NCBI GenBank assembly: GCA_025454955.1
Contig: JALONL010000019.1
Span: 46,570-110,569 of the forward strand
DNA: 64,000 nt
Direction of reading: 5' to 3'
Source: Bacteroidia bacterium
Lineage (GTDB): Bacteria; Bacteroidota; Bacteroidia; Palsa-965
The notes beneath the pieces are model-generated. The model was not told the origin of the DNA. It searched no databases and saw only the letters and a program-made list of their open reading frames with translations. Shown in pieces: positions 48,954-58,014 of this stretch. The position numbers were made by a program, and so were the translations under genes. How positions within the stretch are numbered: position 1 is the stretch's first letter; each line of letters begins with the position of its first letter.

Positions 48954-49910
48954 ATGAAAAATATCCTCTTTGCTGCGCTTGCCGCAGTGTCTGTGGCCGC
49001 AGTATCATGCAATGGCGGCGGTCCGTTTCCCGGATTCGAGAAACAAGCTCCTTCCACCTACATCAAGTTTCATAAAAAAGGCGAAGGATTAGATACCGCC
49101 GGACAAGGTGGCGTGGTTTTCCTCCAGCTCAGCCTCATTACTCCGCTTGATTCGCTGATTCAGGATTTTAACGCCGCACGCGGCGAAGGTTCAGTGTCGA
49201 TGCGTCTGGAACCGCCCCGCTTTAAAGGCGATTTCCTCGACGTGATTTCAAAAATGCACAAGGGCGACAGCGCCACCTTCTTTGTAAACCTCGATACCAT
49301 TAAAAAATATTTCCGCCGCGACCGCGACGAGTTTCCGCTTGAGCCGAAATACGATTCGCTCAAATTCATCGGTTTCCGTGTAAAGGTGGACAGCCTTTAT
49401 ACCAAAGCGGTAACCGAGAAGAAGATTAAGGAAATGCAGGAAAAACAGGAACGGCAAATGGCAGAAATGAAAAATGCCGAAGCCGGAAAAATTCAGGCAT
49501 ACCTTACCAAAAACAAACTCACCGACCTCAAGCCCGACGAAAAAGGCATTTACTTCAAAGTGCTCAAACCCGGCAACGGCAAGCAGGTAACAGCCGGTAT
49601 GGAAGTTTCGGCCCGCTACAAAGGCACATTTACCGACGGCACCCCGTTTGACGGCAATTTCGACCGTCCCGAGCCGATGCGTTTTACCGCAGGCAGCAAC
49701 ATGGTACCCGGCTTCACCGATTGCATTCTGCGCATGAAAGACGGCAGCCGTGTGCTGTTTATCCTGCCTTCGTCGCAGGCCTATGGCGAAATGGGCAATC
49801 AGGGCATTCCGCCTTACGAGCCGCTGGTGTTTGAAGTGGAAATCAAGATTGAAAATGCCAAACCGGCTCCGGCACCTCCCGCGGTTCCGATGCCCGGCGG
49901 CCGTAAATAA
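48954..49910 (+). CDS. FKBP-type PPIase lipoprotein
   Basis: Lipobox VSC; RYKGTFTDGTPFD and PSSQAYG..IPPYEPLVFEVE. Confidence 0.88.
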   Translation: MKNILFAALAAVSVAAVSCNGGGPFPGFEKQAPSTYIKFHKKGEGLDTAGQGGVVFLQLSLITPLDSLIQDFNAARGEGSVSMRLEPPRFKGDFLDVISKMHKGDSATFFVNLDTIKKYFRRDRDEFPLEPKYDSLKFIGFRVKVDSLYTKAVTEKKIKEMQEKQERQMAEMKNAEAGKIQAYLTKNKLTDLKPDEKGIYFKVLKPGNGKQVTAGMEVSARYKGTFTDGTPFDGNFDRPEPMRFTAGSNMVPGFTDCILRMKDGSRVLFILPSSQAYGEMGNQGIPPYEPLVFEVEIKIENAKPAPAPPAVPMPGGRK

Positions 49911-49929
49911 CATTTAAAGGTTTTTTGAG

Positions 49930-50886
49930 ATGAAACGTATTCCGGCGCTGTTTACTTTGGTTTTATTTGTGGCTCTCTCGCTGCTTAACTGGTCGTTTGC
50001 CGGTAAAGACAAGGGTAAACAGAGCCGGAAGTTTCTCAAAACCTATCAGCAGGTGGCACCCGCCACCTGGCTTAAAATGCACAAGGCCGGGCCCAGGGTC
50101 GATTCGGCCGGAATGGGCGGCGTGGCGTTTATGAAACTCAAACTCATCGACCACCGCGATTCGCTCGTAACCGATTTCAACGCCCAGCGCGGCGGCGGGC
50201 CGGTGGCCGTGCAGTTCGACAAGCCCCGTTTTAAAGGCGATTTTCTCGATATGCTTTCGCACCTCAACGTGGGCGACAGTGCCACTTTTTACATCGTGCT
50301 CGATTCCATTAAAAAGTATTACCGCTCGGCCGCCAGCAACGATTTTCCGCTCGATCCGAAAAACGATTCGCTCGAGTTTATCGGCTTCCGTGTGAAAATT
50401 GACAGCGTTTACACCAAGTCAATGGTAGAAATGAAAATGGCCGTCATGCAGCGCGAAAAGCAGGCACAGCAGCAGGCACTCATCGAAAAAAGCCGCCAGG
50501 AAGTACTCTGGTACCTCGCCGTAAACGAAATGAGCGACCTCAAGCCCGATTCGAAAGGCATTTACTACAAGGAACTGGTGCCCGGTACCGGTGCTCAGGT
50601 AACGCCCGGCACCAAAGTATCGGTGTGGTACCGGGGCATGCTTACCAACGGACTCATTTTCGATACCAATCTGGCCGGGCCGCAGCGTATGCCGATGGAA
50701 TTTATTGCCGGCCAGCAAATGATAACGGGCTTTACCGAGTGCATTCTGCGCATGAAAGACGGCGGTAAATCACTCTTCATCATTCCCCCCGAGCTGGCCT
50801 ACGGCGAGCAGCAAAACGGGGCCATTCCGCCCTACAGCGCATTGGTGTTTGTGGTGGAACTGAAAATTGTGGGCACAGGCAATTAA
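49930..50886 (+). CDS. FKBP-type PPIase (paralog of the preceding gene)
   Basis: WYRGMLTNGLIFD and PPELAYG..IPPYSALVF; high similarity to its neighbours. Confidence 0.88.
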   Translation: MKRIPALFTLVLFVALSLLNWSFAGKDKGKQSRKFLKTYQQVAPATWLKMHKAGPRVDSAGMGGVAFMKLKLIDHRDSLVTDFNAQRGGGPVAVQFDKPRFKGDFLDMLSHLNVGDSATFYIVLDSIKKYYRSAASNDFPLDPKNDSLEFIGFRVKIDSVYTKSMVEMKMAVMQREKQAQQQALIEKSRQEVLWYLAVNEMSDLKPDSKGIYYKELVPGTGAQVTPGTKVSVWYRGMLTNGLIFDTNLAGPQRMPMEFIAGQQMITGFTECILRMKDGGKSLFIIPPELAYGEQQNGAIPPYSALVFVVELKIVGTGN

Positions 50887-50902
50887 GCCGCAGATACACG
50901 GC

Positions 50903-51853
50903 ATGAAACAAGGTGTGAAAATAATTTTGTTTGCTGCTGCCGCTATTACCACCGGTTTCTGGGCAGCCGGCGAACCACAAAAAGCCTTACCCGATTATTT
51001 GCAGGGATTTACCCCCATAAGCCCGAATACCTGGCTGCAGGTGGTACGCCCCGGAAACAGCACCGATTCCATACCGACCGGAAGCATGGTATTTGCCAGC
51101 CTGCGCGTGGTGGCTCCCGACGGGAAAACCATAATTGATTATCAGGCTGCAAACAACTACCAGTCGCTGCCGCTCAAATTTACCTTTGCACGCTTCCCCG
51201 GCGATTATGCCGATGTGCTGGCCAAATTGCATGACGGCGACAGTGCCCGCTTTTTCGTGCGCCTCGACACGCTCAAAAAATACAGCCGCAACCGCTTCCT
51301 CATTGACCCTGTGCCGCTGGCTGCCGTGTTTGACACGCTGGCTTTCATAGGCTTTCACATACGCATAGACAGCGTGTACACGCCCGCCTACATTGATAGT
51401 CTGCGCCGCGCCAACACACAAAAAAACGACCCGGCAGCCCTGCGCGAAAAAAGCCGCAAATCGATACAAACCTACCTCACCGACAACAACCTCACCGACC
51501 TCAAACCCGACCGCAACGGCATCTACTACAAGGAAATTTTACCCGGAAAAGGCCTTCGCGTAATGCCCGGCATGAAAGTTTCCGTACTTTACAAAGGAAC
51601 ATTTACCGATGGTCGCGTGTTTGATACCAACATAGGAAAACCCGGAGCCAAACCGCTGGTATTTGTGGCCGGAAGAGGCATGATTGCCGGTTTTACCGAT
51701 TGCATCCTGCGCATGAAAGACGGCGGAAAATCGTTCTTCATTCTCCCGCCCGAACAGGCTTACGGCGAAAAAGGAAACGGCAATATTCCGCCCTGGACAC
51801 CGCTGGTGTATGAAGCAGAACTGAAAATTATCGACTCCGGCACCGGAAACTGA
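50903..51853 (+). CDS. FKBP-type PPIase (third paralog)
   Basis: LYKGTFTDGRVFD and PPEQAYG..IPPWTPLVYE. Confidence 0.88.
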   Translation: MKQGVKIILFAAAAITTGFWAAGEPQKALPDYLQGFTPISPNTWLQVVRPGNSTDSIPTGSMVFASLRVVAPDGKTIIDYQAANNYQSLPLKFTFARFPGDYADVLAKLHDGDSARFFVRLDTLKKYSRNRFLIDPVPLAAVFDTLAFIGFHIRIDSVYTPAYIDSLRRANTQKNDPAALREKSRKSIQTYLTDNNLTDLKPDRNGIYYKEILPGKGLRVMPGMKVSVLYKGTFTDGRVFDTNIGKPGAKPLVFVAGRGMIAGFTDCILRMKDGGKSFFILPPEQAYGEKGNGNIPPWTPLVYEAELKIIDSGTGN

Positions 51854-51880
51854 TTACGAATTCAATAACAATAACGAACA

Positions 51881-52732
51881 ATGAAAAAATTACTTGTTGG
51901 CTTTGTGAGCCTTATTCTGGTAGCCGGTGTGGCTGCCGGTGCTGCCTATGCCTTTCACGGCGATCATCCCGCAAAAGAACCCGAACGCAAATACAAAAGC
52001 AAGAAAGTACGCAAACCCAAAACGGTAAAAACCGCATCGGGTCTCGAATATACCATTACCGCCAAAGGCAACGGCCCGCAGGGCGCCAAAGGCTCGCGCA
52101 TTACGGTGCTTTACACCGGCAAACTCACCAACGATACGGTGTTTGACGCATCCTCGCGCCACGGCAATACGCCTTTTACCTTTAAAGCCGGCGCGGGCCG
52201 CGTAATTAAAGGCTGGGACGAAGCAGGCACATTGCTGCGTGCAGGCGATAAAGTAACCCTGCGCATTCCGCCCGAGCTTGGCTACGGCGCACAGCAACTG
52301 CCCAACATTCCCGCAAACAGCACCCTCATTTTCGAAATAGAAGTGCTCGACGTGCAGCCGCCGCCCACCATGCGCAGTGCCAAAGGAATGGACACTGTAA
52401 CCACCGCATCGGGCCTTAAACTGGTTTTCTTCGAAAAGCATCCCGAAAACAAACTTGCCCTGCAGGGCCAGCGCGTTAAGGTCGATTACAGCGGCTTTTT
52501 TACCGATGGAAATCTGTTCGATTCGTCTGTCGAAAACGGCACACCCATTCAGTTCATGCTTGGCAAAGGGCAGGTAATAAAAGGTTGGGAAGAAGGACTC
52601 ATGCTCATGCGCGTGGGCGAAAAGGCACAATTCATTATTCCGCCTGCGCTGGGCTATGGAAGTATGGCCCGCGGACCCATACCGGCAAACAGCACACTTA
52701 TTTTCGATGTGCACCTGATAAGTGCCGAATAA
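51881..52732 (+). CDS. FKBP-type PPIase with two canonical FKBP domains
   Basis: Two copies of FDSS/FDASS..VIKGW..PP.LGYG..IPANSTLIF. Confidence 0.92.
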   Translation: MKKLLVGFVSLILVAGVAAGAAYAFHGDHPAKEPERKYKSKKVRKPKTVKTASGLEYTITAKGNGPQGAKGSRITVLYTGKLTNDTVFDASSRHGNTPFTFKAGAGRVIKGWDEAGTLLRAGDKVTLRIPPELGYGAQQLPNIPANSTLIFEIEVLDVQPPPTMRSAKGMDTVTTASGLKLVFFEKHPENKLALQGQRVKVDYSGFFTDGNLFDSSVENGTPIQFMLGKGQVIKGWEEGLMLMRVGEKAQFIIPPALGYGSMARGPIPANSTLIFDVHLISAE

Positions 52733-52814
52733 AAGCAGTGCAGCTATCCCGTAAAAACCGCGCCAGGGTTGAAACGGCCGTGTTAAAAAAGCTGTATATT
52801 TGGGCATTAGCTGA

Positions 52815-53384
52815 ATGATCCCCATTTGGCACTTGCGAGCGCCTATGCTTAATGAAGCCGAAGTTAGAGCCCTGCTTACCGACCCGATGACCGACTGGTT
52901 TTATCTTGGGCAGGTGAGTGATGGTTTTATAGATTCTTTTATCGGTCTGCTTGATGCCCGACCGCAATTCCGCAACCTTTCGCGTGCTGCCCGGCGGCGG
53001 TTGATGCAGTCGCTGGTGGAAGCCCTGCAAAACATCAGAAACTACACCCCCGAAAACCTAACCGGTTTTCCCGAAGCGGTTGTACTCATGCAGCGCCTTG
53101 GCGAAACCGACTGGATGCTGCGTTGCGGAAATGTAATGCTCAGCGAGAATGTGGATGAACTTCAGAAACGCCTTCATGTACTTTCAGACAGCGACAGTGA
53201 GCAACTGAAATCGCTCTACATGAACCAGATGAGCCTTACCCTGAACGACAGCAACAGGAAAAGCGCCGGGCTTGGCCTTATCGAAATGGCCCGCTCGTCG
53301 AGCGCACCGATCAAATACAAATTCGTCCCGCTCAATCAGCAATACACCTTTTTTGCAGTCGAATTGCAAATTTCCTTAGCCTGA
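52815..53384 (+). CDS. siaB: SiaB family protein kinase
   Basis: VEALQNI, CGN..L..RL, LKSLY and SAGLGLIEMAR.S..I.YKF; adjacent to a SiaC-like gene. Confidence 0.7.
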   Translation: MIPIWHLRAPMLNEAEVRALLTDPMTDWFYLGQVSDGFIDSFIGLLDARPQFRNLSRAARRRLMQSLVEALQNIRNYTPENLTGFPEAVVLMQRLGETDWMLRCGNVMLSENVDELQKRLHVLSDSDSEQLKSLYMNQMSLTLNDSNRKSAGLGLIEMARSSSAPIKYKFVPLNQQYTFFAVELQISLA

Positions 53385-53387
53385 ACC

Positions 53388-53783
53388 ATGATTCCGCCAT
53401 TGCACATACCCGAGACCCGCAGCACACCCGAAATCCATTTCGATGCGGATAACGACATTTATCTCATCAGAGGCCGTTCCATTCCGCCCGATGCCTCTTC
53501 GTTCTTTTATCCGCTCGATAAATGGGTGGAAGCCTTAGCCGCCACCGGCTCGGCCAGGCCTGTAAACATCAGAATCAGGCTCGAGCATTTAAACACCGGC
53601 ACCATTCGTTCGTTGCTTACCATTTTCTCCAAACTCCTCCGCGTGCGCGAAAAAGGAACCCAGGTAAACTTCGAATGGTATTACAACGAAGAAGACGAAG
53701 ACCTGGTGGATAAAGGCGAAGAAATGTCGCTCATTCTCGATGTGCCTTTCCGCTACATCAGTTTCGCCGAAGGCGATTATTAA
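53388..53783 (+). CDS. siaC: SiaC family (DUF1987) protein
   Basis: TPEIHFD, GRSIP, LEHLNTGT and WYYNEEDEDL..GEE. Confidence 0.8.
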   Translation: MIPPLHIPETRSTPEIHFDADNDIYLIRGRSIPPDASSFFYPLDKWVEALAATGSARPVNIRIRLEHLNTGTIRSLLTIFSKLLRVREKGTQVNFEWYYNEEDEDLVDKGEEMSLILDVPFRYISFAEGDY

Positions 53784-53803
53784 TTTTCTTATTGAATAAC
53801 AAG

Positions 53804-53829
53804 AGCGGCCGGAATTTATTCCGGCCGCT
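53804..53829. terminator. hairpin after siaC
   Basis: AGCGGCCGGAAT / ATTCCGGCCGCT inverted repeat. Confidence 0.6.
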
Positions 53830-53899
53830 GCTGTTTATTACGCTTCGCTTGCGTTAAACTGCATTCCCGAAAAAACGGGAAGCTGAATTTTGTGCCTGA

Positions 53900-54271
53900 T
53901 TAAGCCTGCTGTTTCTTCAGCTTATGCCAGAGGAAATACGAGGCAAACAGGAAGGCTATGGGCAGCAAAATAAAAATGATTCCGGCATTTAATTCCTGCG
54001 TAACCGCCGTTGAAATGGCAGCCGCAAGTAAATCGAAAAACAGTCCGGCGTATGCCCATTCCTTAATCCGGTTAAATTGGGGAATAAGAATGGCAACAGA
54101 ACCAACCGCTTTGGCAATTCCGATAAACACGATAAAATATTCGGGATACCCCAGCGCTACAATATACGTAACCGCTTCGGGCTCGAGCATAATATCGGGT
54201 ATGGCCGTAAACAGCATAAAAGCTGCAAAGAGCGAGGTAATGATCCAATAGGCAAGTCTGGTTTTTTTCAT
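53900..54271 (-). CDS. DoxX-like membrane protein
   Basis: YWIIT, LGYPEYF..IGIAK and RIKEWAYAG. Confidence 0.88.
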   Translation of the reverse strand: MKKTRLAYWIITSLFAAFMLFTAIPDIMLEPEAVTYIVALGYPEYFIVFIGIAKAVGSVAILIPQFNRIKEWAYAGLFFDLLAAAISTAVTQELNAGIIFILLPIAFLFASYFLWHKLKKQQA

Positions 54272-54445
54272 GGGTGATTGAGTTTGGTTACTGCAAGTTA
54301 GTGACTGGTTGCGTTTTCCGGGTAATTTATTATCCGGTTTATATTGTATTTATCGGTAAAGCCCGCGAAATAGTTGTCCCGTAATCTGTTCTGATACAGC
54401 TATTTGCTTGCGCACTATAAATGTGAAAAAAAATGAAAACGGCTT

Positions 54446-54566
54446 AAAAGAGAAACTGCCACTGAGCCTGGGAGGCCGTGGCAGTTTCGATTTTTTGCTG
54501 ATTTCCCCGCGTGGAAGCCCGGTTGAACCGGGGTGCGAAGGAGATCATCAAACACCTTAACCAGAA
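54446..54566 (-). ncRNA. candidate ~120-nt small RNA
   Basis: TAAGTTTG -7 box (54579-54572); nested helices including CCCGGT/ACCGGG; terminator GAAACTGCCAC/GTGGCAGTTTC followed by TCTTTT; no convincing ORF. Confidence 0.6.
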
Positions 54567-54724
54567 TGATACAAACTTACACCTGCAAACTGCTCAAATC
54601 AAGCACCCTTTCACAAGCGGCAGGTTTAATTAGCAGGTGGGTATGATTAACGGATAAGTGGTAAAAGCGGTTTGGAAATGGCCCTGAAAGCCGCGTAAAC
54701 ACTGTTAATTAGTGTTAATTCAGG

Positions 54725-54943
54725 TTACTTTATTTCTTCGTAGTCCACATACTCGCCGTCGTCGTTGTTGCGGCCTTTTTGCGAAGCTTGCGGGGGCTGA
54801 ACCTTATCCTTATTGTGGTGGTGGTGATGTGTATTTTGCTGATAGTAATATTGCCCGCTGCTGGGCGCATTGCCCGCGCGCGAAGGACTTAGGATACGCC
54901 ACAATATCCAGCCCACGAGTATGGTATAAAAGAGTTCCTGCAT
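54725..54943 (-). CDS. small membrane protein (DUF4834-like)
   Basis: N-terminal TM helix and C-terminal GEYVDYEEIK. Confidence 0.75.
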   Translation of the reverse strand: MQELFYTILVGWILWRILSPSRAGNAPSSGQYYYQQNTHHHHHNKDKVQPPQASQKGRNNDDGEYVDYEEIK

Positions 54944-54971
54944 GGATAAGTACAAATGTACCGCAAAACCT

Positions 54972-55874
54972 TTATGATTTGGCCACCAGCCCGTGTCTTA
55001 ATCTTTCCGACACCCTGTACTCATCGGGCGACTGCCCCGTGTGGTGCTTGAAAAAGCGGCTGAAATAGGCCGGATCGTGAAAGCCGATGGTATAGGCAAT
55101 TTCTTTGGCCGAAGCCATAGAGTAGAGCATGAGCCGCTTGGCTTCGAGTATTACCCGCTCCTGAATAAGGTCGCCGGCGGTGCGGCCGGTGGTTTTCTTC
55201 ACCACATCGTTGAGGTGATTGGCCGATACCGAAAGCTTTTCGGCATAATCGCTTACGCGGTGTGTGGCTGTAAACCGGGCATCTATGAGGTTGCGGAACT
55301 GCACTACCAGATGCACACCGGTTTCGCGCACGGGCTTTACCCGCTCCGGAAACTTCGATTTGCATTTGAGCAGCAGGATATTGATGTAGCTGCGTATGAT
55401 TCCTTCGCGGTTGGGGTCGTTCGACTGATACTCGGCTTTAATGCTGGCGATAATGCCTTTTACCCATTCGAGAAAAACGGCATCGAGTTTCAGCATCCGG
55501 TCGCGGCTGTCGATATCGAGAAACGACATGCCCCGCAGAAAATCGCGGTTGGTGCTGTCGAAATAAAAAAACTCTTCGGTAAACAGAAGCACTTTGCCGC
55601 GTGTGCTGCCCGTGCGGTTAAGCAAATGCACCTGCCCCGGCGACACAAAATGCAGGCTGTATGAATGAATAGGGTAGGGCTCGAAATCAATCATGTGCGT
55701 TCCTTCGGCCTCCTCGAAAAAAAAGATTTCGTAGTAACCATGCCGGTGCGGCTCCGAAGTCACATAAGCCTGGTTCTTATATTCGCCCAGTTCAAAATAC
55801 TTGAACGCGGCCATATCTTCTTCGCCGGGATGATATTCGTTGAGCGGAATTTGTGTAAAGGGTATCTGCGACAT
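54972..55874 (-). CDS. AraC family transcriptional regulator
   Basis: Cupin PHRHGYYEI...GQVH; HTH YAEKLSVSANHLN...IGFHDPAYFSRFFK. Confidence 0.92.
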   Translation of the reverse strand: MSQIPFTQIPLNEYHPGEEDMAAFKYFELGEYKNQAYVTSEPHRHGYYEIFFFEEAEGTHMIDFEPYPIHSYSLHFVSPGQVHLLNRTGSTRGKVLLFTEEFFYFDSTNRDFLRGMSFLDIDSRDRMLKLDAVFLEWVKGIIASIKAEYQSNDPNREGIIRSYINILLLKCKSKFPERVKPVRETGVHLVVQFRNLIDARFTATHRVSDYAEKLSVSANHLNDVVKKTTGRTAGDLIQERVILEAKRLMLYSMASAKEIAYTIGFHDPAYFSRFFKHHTGQSPDEYRVSERLRHGLVAKS

Positions 55875-55971
55875 AACGACTAAAATTAGCAAAAAATAAG
55901 TATCGACATATAATTAGCAGGTTATGCTTTTATGCCTGGTAATGAAAAGACCTTCTTACCTTCGCCCTGCA

Positions 55972-56469
55972 ATGAAAGTAACTGTAATCATTAAAGAAGT
56001 AAACGCCCGCTTCCGTCAGGATATTGCCGATAAATACAACGACGGAAAAGAGAGTGCCGACAACATGCGCTACAACTGGGAAGACGAGTACGCGGTAAAA
56101 ACCGATGTCACTTCCTTCAAGGTGCGCAACAACGTGCCCTATCAGCTTCGCGGCTGGAAAGGCGACGAGGAATTTTCGATAGAAATTCCGGGCATGATGA
56201 TCGTCGATTGTCAGCACGAAGACAATTCCATTACCCAATTTGCCTTCTCGCGCAAATACGTAAAAGACACCAAAAAAGCCGACCGCCCCAACGGCGACAT
56301 CCGCTTCTTCGTATTTGTAAGCGACAACAAAACAGCCGTAAGCCCGCAGCCCGGCATCTACATCCTCCAAAACGAATGGCCGTCTGAATTGCCTGTGCCC
56401 GAGGCCGTGGAGCCGGATGATGATGAAGATTTTGATCCGGAAGACGACACCGACGACAGTGAAGAATAA
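55972..56469 (+). CDS. conserved hypothetical protein with acidic tail
   Basis: Host-like codon usage; TACCTTCG -7-like box just upstream; function not recognised. Confidence 0.6.
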   Translation: MKVTVIIKEVNARFRQDIADKYNDGKESADNMRYNWEDEYAVKTDVTSFKVRNNVPYQLRGWKGDEEFSIEIPGMMIVDCQHEDNSITQFAFSRKYVKDTKKADRPNGDIRFFVFVSDNKTAVSPQPGIYILQNEWPSELPVPEAVEPDDDEDFDPEDDTDDSEE

Positions 56470-56481
56470 ACCCGTGCAAAG

Positions 56482-57294
56482 TTGATTTACCGTACACTGG
56501 CACCGCCGCCTGCACTGGCACAGTACGTTCGGTTTTACTGGATGTACGAGCACTCGCCCGTTTCGGGGGGGGCATTTGTACACCGTGCTTTTGCCGACAG
56601 CAGTGCAGAGATGATTTTTCATTACTCCGGCCGGTTTACCGAGCTTACCCCAAATGGTGCTACCGATTCGCCGCTGGCACATTTGCAGGGGCAAAGCACC
56701 GGAGTAAAGCGGTACAGCACACATACATCTTTCGGCATTTTTGGCGTGTATCTTTATCCGTATGCGCTGCCGGTGTTGTTTCCGGTAAGTGGCGGTGAAA
56801 TTGCCAACCGCATCTGCGATTTCGAAACCCTGCTCAAACAGCACGGCGCCGATTTTACCGAACGCATTATGCTTGCTCCCGGTTTTGAAAGCCGGGCAGC
56901 ACTGGTTTCCGAATTTTTGCTCGGCCGTTTGCGGCAATGCCACAGCGCACTGCTTCAGGAAAAATACTTCGCTGCAATGCGTGCGTTAATTCATTCGTCG
57001 GGCATTGCGGCATTCAACCAGCTTGCGGCATCGAGCGGATTTACCGAGCGTGCTTTCGAGCGCAGAACAAAACAATACACCGGCTTTTCGCCCAAACTGC
57101 TTTACCGCGTGGCCCGTTTTCAGCAAACCGCCGCGGCCTGGGGCAAAACAAATATCAGCTCGCTTACAGAAATAGCACTCAATAACGGGTACTACGATCA
57201 GGCGCATTTCATACACGAGTTCAAATTGTTTTCGGGCTTTACCCCCGGGCAATATTTCTTTAATCAGGCCGAGGGCACCGATTACAGAGGTTGA
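56482..57294 (+). CDS. AraC family transcriptional regulator (DUF6597-like N-terminus)
   Basis: PPPALAQYVRFYW; GFSPK..RVARF and GYYDQAHFIHEFK. Confidence 0.9.
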   Translation: MIYRTLAPPPALAQYVRFYWMYEHSPVSGGAFVHRAFADSSAEMIFHYSGRFTELTPNGATDSPLAHLQGQSTGVKRYSTHTSFGIFGVYLYPYALPVLFPVSGGEIANRICDFETLLKQHGADFTERIMLAPGFESRAALVSEFLLGRLRQCHSALLQEKYFAAMRALIHSSGIAAFNQLAASSGFTERAFERRTKQYTGFSPKLLYRVARFQQTAAAWGKTNISSLTEIALNNGYYDQAHFIHEFKLFSGFTPGQYFFNQAEGTDYRG

Positions 57295-57365
57295 GCAGGT
57301 TGTCGGAAATTTACAAGCCAAAGATTGCCGGCCGGCATATTTTTGCCTCAAACAAACTACAAGCT

Positions 57366-57740
57366 ATGCAACTACCCACTCACCACCACATTGCAATGGT
57401 GTATCTTATTGTGCAGGATCCCTGGCTGCTTCAGGATTTTATGCGCCAGGTTTTCAACGCCACCTCACTCATCGAACTACCACCGCGCGGCAGCACCGGC
57501 CGCATGCACGCCGAAGCACGCATTGGCGACAGCACCATCATGTTTTCGGGAAGCAGCGACCAATGGCCGCCACACACAGCCGGCATTTTCATTTACGTGG
57601 AAAATGCCGACGAAACCCTTGAAAAAGCCCTGAACCACAATGCCAGCGTTGTGCTGCCCCTCGAAAACCAAAGCTACGGCCGCTCCGGCGGAATAAAAGA
57701 CCCCTGCGGCAACGTATGGTGGATTACTTCTCTGCATTAA
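57366..57740 (+). CDS. VOC/glyoxalase (PhnB-like) protein
   Basis: MHAEARIGDSTIM and YGRSGGIKDPCGNVWWI. Confidence 0.88.
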   Translation: MQLPTHHHIAMVYLIVQDPWLLQDFMRQVFNATSLIELPPRGSTGRMHAEARIGDSTIMFSGSSDQWPPHTAGIFIYVENADETLEKALNHNASVVLPLENQSYGRSGGIKDPCGNVWWITSLH

Positions 57741-57796
57741 TAGTATCCATCAAAGAAAATCCGGAAACCAATACAACTTCCAACCATCCAAACAAA

Positions 57797-57830
57797 AAGA
57801 GACCGTCACCACAAATGGAGACGGTCTCTT
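57797..57830. terminator. bidirectional terminator
   Basis: AAGAGACCGTC / GACGGTCTCTT inverted repeat between the convergent VOC gene and dnaK. Confidence 0.7.
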
Positions 57831-57852
57831 CTAATTAAATAAGAATAGAAAT

Positions 57853-57955
57853 TATTCCAGAAAAGAACATTCAATAATCCCAAGGAAAAGAACATCCTAT
57901 AATCCCAAGGAAAAGAACATCCAAATAATTCCCCAAAAGAAAAAGAACATTCAAA
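57853..57955. repeat. four imperfect ~25-bp direct repeats (core AAAAGAACAT)
   Basis: Cores at 57861, 57886, 57911 and 57941; the central two share TAATCCCAAGGAAAAGAACATCC. Confidence 0.8.
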
Positions 57956-57980
57956 ATGCACTGAAGAAGAAGTACTATCT

Positions 57981-58014
57981 GTAGTCACGGCGAGCGGAGC
58001 CGAGCCGTGACTAC
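57981..58014. repeat. REP-like palindrome overlapping the dnaK stop
   Basis: GTAGTCACGGC-GAGCGGAGCCGA-GCCGTGACTAC; resembles the GTCAnnnnGAGCGGAGTCGA repeats common in Bacteroidota. Confidence 0.6.
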
